Assembly: GCA_965207885.1 (NCBI GenBank)
Contig: OZ242311.1
Location: forward strand, 5,152,001 to 5,216,000
Source: Candidatus Latescibacterota bacterium
GTDB lineage: Bacteria; Latescibacterota; UBA2968
Direction of reading: 5' to 3'
Length of the DNA stretch: 64,000 bases
The notes beneath the pieces are model-generated. The model ran no database searches. It was not told the DNA's origin and was given only the letters and a program-made list of their open reading frames with translations. Made by a program: the position numbers and the translations under genes. Within the stretch, counting starts at the first letter, position 1. Each line of letters begins with the position of its first letter. Of this stretch, positions 56,592-64,000 are shown piece by piece.

Positions 56592-57782
56592 TCATTCAAA
56601 CTGTTTTTTACTCTGATTACACGCCTTGCCCTTGCCGCGGATAATATCTGCTCGCTGCCATAGATCAACAGTGCGACTAATCGCATCGCTCTCGCCGAGA
56701 TGTTGTTGTATCTGTGTTTTAGTGAACCAGTCGCAGTGCCCATTTGCCAGCGCATCGGCGTCTATATTCTCATCCGAGAAACCATAAACGCGACAAATAC
56801 CCTCTTCCTCTTCCACATCTTCGATATAGGACATCCACGGCACCTCCAGCCCGAGTTGCGTTCTGGTAAGTTCTTGCAAAGACCCGACCCGCGCGCCGAC
56901 ATCCCAGCCCACCAACTTTTCCTCTTCCCATCCCTCGCCACCCGGCAACTCCCAACAACCCGTCTCCTCATCGCGCCGCAACAAGAACCCTGGTTCTCCG
57001 CCATTCGGACACTCGATAAGCAAACGGGTCGTCTCAATCGGCTTGTCAAAACACACGGGAATAAGCCGTTTTCCATCATCGCTCAAAGCCTCAAGAGCGG
57101 CGGGATTGTAAGGATAATATCCCGCGGCAGGAGGCGCGTTTACCGCACAATACTTATTGAAAATACCACAACGGTCTTCTGTACTCGTACCCGCAGGAGC
57201 TTCATGCCAGACATGCTCGTTGACAATCAGCAAATCCCCCGCTTTAAGTTCCGGATCGATAAAATCCGGCAATTGGCTCCTATCGGGCCGATTGACATCT
57301 AATATATGTGCCTCCTCGTCGATTACCCGCGTCAGTTTATGCGATTTAGGCGACACCAGAAAAGGACCGTACACCGGATCAAAGTCAGTCAGCGGAATAA
57401 TGGCAAACACCCAGTTCATCGACGAACCCACGGGGCGCCACCGTTTGTAATCGCAGTGAGCACCACCCCCCTTATCACCCGGCGTTCGCAAATACGCCAC
57501 AAAAGCCGTCAAATGCGCGGGTTGCCCCAGCACGGACTCTACCGCACCAATAACCGTCGGATGCTCCGAAATCGAAGTAAGTCCCGATTCTGATAGCCTA
57601 TTGCCACTAACGGTGTACTTCGCCGGCTCTGGATACGAAAGCTTTGGTGGATACGCACCGCGTTTGACCTTTTCTTGCACGGTACGACGAAGGTCATTCG
57701 CTTCATTCTTAGATAACACATTGCGAATAATCACATAACCATCCTCATGATAGCTCGAAATCTGTTGTTCACTAAGGGTCAT
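56592..57782 (-). CDS. PhyH-family Fe/2OG dioxygenase with C-terminal NUDIX-like domain
   Basis: YHEDGYV; HCD; KAGD.L...HVWH; R; then FLLRR.....WELPGG...RVGSLQEL; RBS AGGAG. Confidence 0.75.
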   Translation of the reverse strand: MTLSEQQISSYHEDGYVIIRNVLSKNEANDLRRTVQEKVKRGAYPPKLSYPEPAKYTVSGNRLSESGLTSISEHPTVIGAVESVLGQPAHLTAFVAYLRTPGDKGGGAHCDYKRWRPVGSSMNWVFAIIPLTDFDPVYGPFLVSPKSHKLTRVIDEEAHILDVNRPDRSQLPDFIDPELKAGDLLIVNEHVWHEAPAGTSTEDRCGIFNKYCAVNAPPAAGYYPYNPAALEALSDDGKRLIPVCFDKPIETTRLLIECPNGGEPGFLLRRDEETGCWELPGGEGWEEEKLVGWDVGARVGSLQELTRTQLGLEVPWMSYIEDVEEEEGICRVYGFSDENIDADALANGHCDWFTKTQIQQHLGESDAISRTVDLWQRADIIRGKGKACNQSKKQFE

Positions 57783-57822
57783 AATGAGAACTCCTGTCAA
57801 CGGGTATTTCAATCATGAACAG

Positions 57823-57851
57823 CAAAGCCTCTTCCAGACGAAGAGGCTTTG
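57823..57851. terminator. Perfect 12-bp hairpin downstream of the redoxin gene (terminator or stabiliser)
   Basis: CAAAGCCTCTTC-cagac-GAAGAGGCTTTG; only a weak U-tract on the minus strand. Confidence 0.5.
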
Positions 57852-57873
57852 GGGCATTTTGATACAAGCAGTC

Positions 57874-58485
57874 CTACGAATCCTCGTTGAATTTGATACT
57901 ACAACCGAGGGCTTTGGTCTCAGATACTGAAATCGCTTCTCCGGCCAACAATGCATCGAGCGCGTCTTTGAGATAGGCCGCTTCCACGGCATTGGCATCC
58001 GAAGCATTATCGTCAATCGCGCCGTGATACGCCAGCTTGCCTTTGGCGTTAAAAAGAAAAGTTTCTGGCGTACGGCTGGCGCCAAATGCGCGGGCGACCT
58101 GGGATGCGGAATCAACCACATAGGGAAATTCGTAAGATAGCGCTTTGGCGCGTGTGACCATCTCATCAAAACCATCTTCTGCAGCACGCCTGGGATCATT
58201 GGGATTAATCACAATAACACCAAAACCCTTGCCGCGATACGCATTGCCAATACTGGCTACGCGGCTTTCCCATTTGACGGCCCACGGGCAGGAATTGCAC
58301 GAAAAAATTACCAGAGTGCCCTTCTCGCCCTGCACACTATCCAGAGTGTACATCTTACCATCCGTGCCCTTCATCTCCAGGTCGGTTGCCGGTGCTTCCG
58401 CGCCCAATGCGAGAGTTTCGCTTTTGCCCGCCTCGGCATTGAAACCCATCGCTGCGACAAGTGCAATCGCTAATAATTTACGCAT
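57874..58485 (-). CDS. Secreted thioredoxin-family / AhpC-TSA-like redoxin
   Basis: Signal peptide; FSCNSCPW; FGA.RTPE.F; Y.GAIDD; GCSIK. Confidence 0.88.
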   Translation of the reverse strand: MRKLLAIALVAAMGFNAEAGKSETLALGAEAPATDLEMKGTDGKMYTLDSVQGEKGTLVIFSCNSCPWAVKWESRVASIGNAYRGKGFGVIVINPNDPRRAAEDGFDEMVTRAKALSYEFPYVVDSASQVARAFGASRTPETFLFNAKGKLAYHGAIDDNASDANAVEAAYLKDALDALLAGEAISVSETKALGCSIKFNEDS

Positions 58486-58558
58486 AGGATCCTCCTGTAT
58501 TTGGTGGTATGAGAGTATCTATAGTCTTAATGTCGGATAGACACGCCCCAAGTATCCC

Positions 58559-59071
58559 TTAACCGCCCTCCATCAATACATCGCGTATTTTCTTCTCAAA
58601 TTGCTCGCGCGAGGTCTTCCCGAGCCAAAAATGGCGTTTATTGCCCGCGCTGTCGTATAGCCAGGTAGCGGGTATTGCGCCCCACCAGTCGGGGTCTAAT
58701 GTATTGATAAACGCCCCATCGCTCTTCAACTTGATATAGCTTGGAAAATCAACACCATGCGCTTTCAGAAAGGCAATTGCCCCATCGGCCTGACCTTCGG
58801 AATCAGCAGAAATAAAGACGAGCTTTAACCCCTGGTCTTTGTACTGATTATAAACAGCCATCAAATCGGGAAACTCTTCAACACATGGTGGACACCACGT
58901 TGCCCAGACATTGACAAGAACGACCCTGGCATCGGCTTCTTTAACATTTTTGAGAATCTCCTCTGCCGTCGCGGGAATGAGAAACTGGTCGGTACTCGAT
59001 GCGCGATCTGTTTCGGGTGCGTCGCAACTTACAAAAATAAAAGCAATGAAAACAAATATATGACGTTCCAA
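58559..59071 (-). CDS. TlpA-family disulfide reductase lipoprotein
   Basis: NVWATWCPPC.EE.P; AIP.T; lipobox FVSC; GGAGG before TTG 59071. Confidence 0.85.
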   Translation of the reverse strand: MERHIFVFIAFIFVSCDAPETDRASSTDQFLIPATAEEILKNVKEADARVVLVNVWATWCPPCVEEFPDLMAVYNQYKDQGLKLVFISADSEGQADGAIAFLKAHGVDFPSYIKLKSDGAFINTLDPDWWGAIPATWLYDSAGNKRHFWLGKTSREQFEKKIRDVLMEGG

Positions 59072-59100
59072 AAAGACCTCCGTGTTAAAACGCAAAGGTA

Positions 59101-59556
59101 TTATCCCCCCAGAGCATCTTTATAGGCTTGCAGGCGCTCTTGTATGTCCTCGTCTGAAAGCGCGAGAATTTGCGCTGCCAGCACAGCGGCATTGCGCGCA
59201 TTGTCAATACCCACAGTCGCAACGGGAACTCCCGGCGGCATCTGGACAATAGCGTATAAAGCATCAACGCCGTTGAGCGCACCCGAAGCGCATGGAACGC
59301 CAATAACCGGCAAAGTAGTATGCGCTGCCACCACACCGGGCAGTGCTGCGGCCAAACCTGCACCTGCAATGATCACCTTCAAACCACGCGCCTTTGCCGT
59401 ACTGGCGTATTCAGCGGTACGCTCGGGGTTGCGGTGGGCGGAGCATACGATCATATCGTAGGGAATCTGGAGTTCGTCGAGAATGGCGCAGCCTTTTTCC
59501 ATCGTGGGTTCATCCGAAGAACTGCCCATAATAATGCCAACAACTGGATCTGCCAT
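59101..59556 (-). CDS. purE: N5-CAIR mutase
   Basis: IIMGS.SD, SAHR.P, AGAG.AAALPG, PVIGVP, VQMP.GVPVATV. Confidence 0.95.
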   Translation of the reverse strand: MADPVVGIIMGSSSDEPTMEKGCAILDELQIPYDMIVCSAHRNPERTAEYASTAKARGLKVIIAGAGLAAALPGVVAAHTTLPVIGVPCASGALNGVDALYAIVQMPPGVPVATVGIDNARNAAVLAAQILALSDEDIQERLQAYKDALGG

Positions 59557-59584
59557 AAAAATCTCCTTTGGTATTTAGATTTTT

Positions 59585-60682
59585 CTACTGATTCAACCGG
59601 CGCACGCGCGCAGGTGTGTGGTCTGCTTGCGTCTCACTGGAAAAAATTTTGAGTGACCTGTCTTCAATGGGCAGGTCAATGCGGACGCCACCACGGCGAT
59701 GGGATTCCCGAAGAGCAATCGCAACCTCGAGAGCATCGCGACCATCGGCTCCCGAGCAACGCGGCGGTCGGTTGTTCTCCATAGCATCAATCAGATCATC
59801 CACAGTGGTAATACCCTGACCCACGGGACGCGCTGGCTGCGGGAAAGGAGACCGCGCAGGGACGCCCCGGTTCCCCAGGCCGCCTGAAACTCTTTGAAAA
59901 AACTCAAACTCAAGCGCATCCGATAAGGTGCGAACCCTGCCCTCTGTCCCAATAATATCAAATTCCCACGAAGCAACACCTGTCGATGTCCCGCGGAGAT
60001 ACGCCCGAACGCCATTGTCAAAAGCGAGATATCCATTGCCCATCAGATCGTCATCAGATGCGGTATCTTCATCCGACGCCATCTCTCCAAAAACCCATGA
60101 AACATCGCCACCTGCGAGATAGCGAATCGTATCAATCGCGTGACTGCCATTGTGCGACAAACCACACTGGGCATAAGCCGTGATCTGGAGAATATCGCCG
60201 AGCTCCCCCGCTTCGATCATGCGACGGGCTTCACTGAAATAGGGATTGTAACGGCGCGAACAATACACGGCGATGGGAACGCCATTTTCCCTACAAGCAT
60301 TGACCATAGCATCGGCTTCTTCAAGACTAAAGGCAATGGGTTTTTCCACCCACAAGGCTTTGACACCAGCATCAACAGCGTCCATTACAATTTGTGGACG
60401 ATAACGCGCCGTGGTAGTCACACTGACGATATCGGGTTTTGCATCTTCGAGCAGATCGCGATGATTGGCATACAAATGATCGCTATCAAGACCCCACCGC
60501 TCGCCAAACAGAGCACGCTGCTCATCGTGGGGATCAGCCCCCGCAATGAGATCAGTCTGCGGATGCGCGCAATAAGTGGGACCGTGACAATAGGGCAAGA
60601 AAATGGACCCACCCTGCGTGATTTCATCGTCAAATGTACTGCCCATACGCCCCAGACCAATAACCGCTGCTTTGTAAGACAT
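59585..60682 (-). CDS. Gfo/Idh/MocA oxidoreductase (paralogue of 35820-36875)
   Basis: IGLGRMGSTFDDE; VEKP; HNGSH; IGTEG. Confidence 0.9.
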   Translation of the reverse strand: MSYKAAVIGLGRMGSTFDDEITQGGSIFLPYCHGPTYCAHPQTDLIAGADPHDEQRALFGERWGLDSDHLYANHRDLLEDAKPDIVSVTTTARYRPQIVMDAVDAGVKALWVEKPIAFSLEEADAMVNACRENGVPIAVYCSRRYNPYFSEARRMIEAGELGDILQITAYAQCGLSHNGSHAIDTIRYLAGGDVSWVFGEMASDEDTASDDDLMGNGYLAFDNGVRAYLRGTSTGVASWEFDIIGTEGRVRTLSDALEFEFFQRVSGGLGNRGVPARSPFPQPARPVGQGITTVDDLIDAMENNRPPRCSGADGRDALEVAIALRESHRRGGVRIDLPIEDRSLKIFSSETQADHTPARVRRLNQ

Positions 60683-60696
60683 CGTATGCCTCCAGA

Positions 60697-60726
60697 AATA
60701 TACACGTTATAACGCTTAGTCGTCAA
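60697..60726 (-). promoter_or_regulatory. Internal sigma70-like promoter with palindromic spacer
   Basis: TTGACG-18 nt-TATATT upstream of RBS GGAGG; CGTTATAACG palindrome at 60705-60714. Confidence 0.4.
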
Positions 60727-60771
60727 ATTGGTTGACAAAGATCAGAAAATCAGCATCGCAAGATCGGTAGC

Positions 60772-62046
60772 TCAAACATTTGTCAAAGCGCGATGCCCAA
60801 TATCCCTTCGGAAATAGGCCTTGTCAAAATCAATTTTGCCCACGGCTTCGTAAGTGCGATCAATAGAAGACTTGATCGTATCGCCCATTGCAGTAACGCC
60901 GAGAACCCGTCCGCCATTGGTGACGAGTTGACCGTCTTCGCGTCCCGTACCAGCGTGAAACACCATCACATTGCCCGGTGCCTCGGCGAGATCAACCCCG
61001 GAAATGGGAAAGCCGGTATCATAGTGTTCGGGATAGCCCCCCGATGCCATAACCACGCAGGTCGCCGCCCGGTTGTCGAGTTCGATATCGAGATCCGCCA
61101 CCGAACCATTGCACACAGCCTCAATGATATCGACGAAATCGGTTTTGATCAACGGGAGAACCACCTGCGTTTCCGGATCGCCCATGCGGCAATTAAATTC
61201 GATCACCTTTGGACCATCAGCCGTGACAATAATACCACCGTAGAGAATGCCTTTGTACGGACGGCCTTCTTGTGCCAGAGCGTGTACCGTGCGTTTCATA
61301 ATGCGCTGAACAATATCGTCAAAAAGCTCCGGCGTAATAACCGGGGCAGGAGCATACGCACCCATACCACCCGTATTGAGCCCCACATCGCCCTCACCAA
61401 TCGTCTTATGGTCTTGCGAAGGCACAACACAAACAACATTTTCCCCGTCTGAAAATCCAAATATCGACGCCTCTTCTCCCTCGAGCAACTCCATTGCAAC
61501 CAGCTTATCACCCGAATCGCCGAAGGCGCGTTGCACCATCACCTCATCCACAGTTTTGTAGGAATCTTGCAGCGTCTCACAATAAATCGCCCCTTTGCCC
61601 GCAGCGAGACCGCTCACTTTGAGATAGAGCGGGTGTTGCCACTCCCCGAGCCGTTCTCTGGCTATTTCCGCATCCACAAAAGTTTCGTAAGCCCCGGTTG
61701 GAATATCGTATTTGTGCATAAGTTCAAGCGCAAAGTCTTTATCCGCTTCAATTTGCGCCGCTGCCTGTGTGGGGCCAAAAACAGCGAGACCCCGTTCCGC
61801 GAAAACATCGACAATACCATCAGCAAGAGGGGCTTCGGGACCAATAACCGAAATATCAATACCCTCCCGTTGTGCAAAATCTGCCAGACCATTGAGATCG
61901 CTATCCGAAATATCGACACATTCGGCATATTGCGCCATACCCGGGCTTCCGGGCGCTGCGTATAACCCCGTAATCTTATTGCTCTGGGCGAGCTTCCAGA
62001 CAAAGGCGTGTTCGCGCCCGCCTCTACCAACGACGAGGAGTTTCAT
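60772..62046 (-). CDS. purD: Phosphoribosylamine-glycine ligase
   Basis: G.GGREHA, IGPEAPL, GLAAGKG, QDHK, NTGGMGAY, EFNCR.GDPE, GGRV. Confidence 0.96.
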   Translation of the reverse strand: MKLLVVGRGGREHAFVWKLAQSNKITGLYAAPGSPGMAQYAECVDISDSDLNGLADFAQREGIDISVIGPEAPLADGIVDVFAERGLAVFGPTQAAAQIEADKDFALELMHKYDIPTGAYETFVDAEIARERLGEWQHPLYLKVSGLAAGKGAIYCETLQDSYKTVDEVMVQRAFGDSGDKLVAMELLEGEEASIFGFSDGENVVCVVPSQDHKTIGEGDVGLNTGGMGAYAPAPVITPELFDDIVQRIMKRTVHALAQEGRPYKGILYGGIIVTADGPKVIEFNCRMGDPETQVVLPLIKTDFVDIIEAVCNGSVADLDIELDNRAATCVVMASGGYPEHYDTGFPISGVDLAEAPGNVMVFHAGTGREDGQLVTNGGRVLGVTAMGDTIKSSIDRTYEAVGKIDFDKAYFRRDIGHRALTNV

Positions 62047-62804
62047 GTGGCGTTCTCCTGGGCGATTGTTTCTTCAAGCACATCTTCCGGTGTTTGGGTA
62101 ATCAGGGTACCGACATCCTCGCCCTCTACAATGCGGCGCATCATGCCTTTTTGTTCAAAATCGAAAACGTGAATCGGCAAATGATGGTCACGTGCGAGAA
62201 TCACTGCGGACTGATCCAGAGCACCCAGATTCTTTTGAATAATTGTATCGTGACTGATGCAGCGATAGAGTTTGGCATCGGGGTTTTTGTTCGGATCGTC
62301 TGTATAAATGCCATTGGCTTTGTGCTTGGCAAACAAAATAGCTTCTGCGCGAACCTCAAGCGCGCGCTGTACACCGGGATAGTCAGTCGTGAGAAAGGGA
62401 TTGCCAATACCACCGGCAAAAATGACAATATACCCCTTATCGAGATGCCGAGCAGCAACCAGGCGAATAAAGGGTTCTGCAACTGCGTTAATGGGAATCG
62501 CGGTCATCACGCGCACCTCGGCATCACTTTTGGCATTGAGCACACCGCGCAGCATCAGGCTGTTGATAATGGTGCCGAGCATGCCGATATTATCGGCTTC
62601 GGAGCGTTCAATGCCCCACCTCACACTCTGTTCGCCCCGAAAAATATTGCCCCCGCCAATAACAATACCGATTTCAATACCCCGGCTGTGAATATCGAGA
62701 ATTTCGTCGGCAATATGTTCGAGGGCCTCCGGGTCAAATCCCGATTCCAAAGCACCTGAAACAGCACCACCACTGAGTTTGAGAACAACGCGTTTGTACC
62801 GCAT
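62043..62804 (-). CDS. pyrH: UMP kinase (atypical variant)
   Basis: VLKLSG, VIGGGNIFRG, AD.IGMLGT, GNPF.TTD, VGTL. Confidence 0.85.
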   Translation of the reverse strand: MRYKRVVLKLSGGAVSGALESGFDPEALEHIADEILDIHSRGIEIGIVIGGGNIFRGEQSVRWGIERSEADNIGMLGTIINSLMLRGVLNAKSDAEVRVMTAIPINAVAEPFIRLVAARHLDKGYIVIFAGGIGNPFLTTDYPGVQRALEVRAEAILFAKHKANGIYTDDPNKNPDAKLYRCISHDTIIQKNLGALDQSAVILARDHHLPIHVFDFEQKGMMRRIVEGEDVGTLITQTPEDVLEETIAQENAT

Positions 62805-62982
62805 ACAATCTGACTCCTCTAAAAAAATAATAAATGTTGATGATAGCTTCTAAAATATATAGCGAAGCGAGATATGGCGAAAGAGGAAAGACGTTGACAT
62901 TTGAGTAATTTTGAATTTACTTCACACCACGATCCGCCAGCTTGTTGATCTGTATTTTCTGGACCCTGGATAGGACAAACTA

Positions 62983-64000
62983 ATGCTCTCAAAAGATAAA
63001 GCCTACGTCGAATTTGAGAATGTCTGCAAAAGTTACGACGGACGCACACTAATTGTCCAAAACGTCAACTTCAGCGTCCACAAGGGCGAATTTCTGACCC
63101 TGCTCGGCCCATCCGGATCGGGGAAAACGACCTGCCTGATGATGCTCGCTGGCTTCGAGACACCCACATCGGGCGACATCCGCATTGACGGGCGTTCTGT
63201 ACACGCACTGCCCCCGCGCAAGCGAGGCATTGGCATGGTATTTCAGAACTACGCGCTCTTCCCACACATGACAGTGGGCGGCAACCTGGCTTTTCCCCTT
63301 GAAGTACGTGGATTTGACCGCGAGCAGTGTCGCGAACGCGTGGCGCGTGCCCTGGACCTTGTTCGCCTCAGCGGCATGGAAGACCGGCGCCCAAACCAAC
63401 TCTCTGGCGGTCAGCAGCAGCGCGTGGCAATCGCCCGCGCGCTGGTATTTGAACCCGACCTGGTGCTGATGGACGAACCCCTCGGCGCACTTGACCGGCG
63501 CCTGCGCGAAGAGATGCAATACGAGATCCGCCGTATCCATCAGAGCCTCGGCGTAACCGTCGTTTACGTCACGCACGACCAGCAAGAGGCCATGGTAATG
63601 TCGAACCGCATCGCTGTCCTGCGCGGAGGAGACATCCAGCAAATTGCCGAACCCGAGGCTCTCTACGAAGAACCAGAGCGTTCATTTGTAGCGCGTTTCA
63701 TCGGCGAAAACAATCGCCTGAAAGGCCGCGTAACAAAAGTAAATGGGGACATCTGCGAAGTGGAAACCGGTGGCCAAATCATCCAGGCGTTGCGCATTGC
63801 ACCCTGCCAGAGCGGCGACGCCACCACGCTATCGATTCGCCCAGAGCGCGTCGCCATTGAACCCGAACCGGGCCTGTACACCAATGAACTCGAAGCAAAA
63901 GTCGAGGACATCACCTTTTTAGGCGACCATCTGCGCCTTCGCCTGAACGTGTGCGAGTCCTTGGAATTCATCGCAAAAATACCCAATACTGTGGGACACG
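62983..64000 (+). CDS. PotA-like polyamine ABC transporter ATP-binding protein (3' truncated by window edge)
   Basis: Translated by hand from ATG 62983: LLGPSGSGKTT, VFQNYALFPHM, LSGGQQQR, MDEPLGALD, VTHDQ. No stop before 64000, hence absent from the ORF track. Confidence 0.9.
   Translation, partial: MLSKDKAYVEFENVCKSYDGRTLIVQNVNFSVHKGEFLTLLGPSGSGKTTCLMMLAGFETPTSGDIRIDGRSVHALPPRKRGIGMVFQNYALFPHMTVGGNLAFPLEVRGFDREQCRERVARALDLVRLSGMEDRRPNQLSGGQQQRVAIARALVFEPDLVLMDEPLGALDRRLREEMQYEIRRIHQSLGVTVVYVTHDQQEAMVMSNRIAVLRGGDIQQIAEPEALYEEPERSFVARFIGENNRLKGRVTKVNGDICEVETGGQIIQALRIAPCQSGDATTLSIRPERVAIEPEPGLYTNELEAKVEDITFLGDHLRLRLNVCESLEFIAKIPNTVGH

Noticed and set aside
55172-57782. Restriction-modification pair
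   Set aside because: The convergent neighbour is a PhyH dioxygenase, not an endonuclease.
57874-59071. Selenocysteine-containing redoxins
   Set aside because: Both CxxC motifs are ordinary Cys codons in uninterrupted frames.
62805-62982. Riboswitch or PyrR attenuator between pyrH and the PotA-like gene
   Set aside because: AT-rich divergent promoter region; a TTGACA at 62894 has no clear -10 and I recognised no aptamer motif.

Overview
Gene-dense bacterial window with about 50 CDS. I could support no rRNA, tRNA or CRISPR array. The gene content (PorV/PorQ-like barrel with a FlgD-Ig/T9SS-type C-terminal cargo, DUF6785, GWxTD, CRTAC1/ASPIC-UnbV, a dockerin-like tail, several Gfo/Idh/MocA and PhyH paralogues) suggests an FCB-group organism such as Latescibacterota; this is inference only. 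1-21 kb is an envelope and repeat-protein region (TPR, FG-GAP, NHL-like, HEAT) that includes an uncharacterised UbiA + desaturase + CruF-like-TPR lipid operon. 21-53 kb is mixed metabolism, including a GDP-mannose-3,5-epimerase-like / GHMP kinase / double nucleotidyltransferase operon and an intact ISAba1-like IS4 element that cleanly splits a secreted-protein gene. 53.6-55.1 kb is a TnpB-only IS200/IS605 element with a string of hairpins where tnpA would normally lie. The window ends with an orphan DNA methyltransferase, redoxins, purE, purD, an atypical pyrH and a partial PotA-like ABC ATPase. All product calls come from motif recognition by eye; no database search was run.
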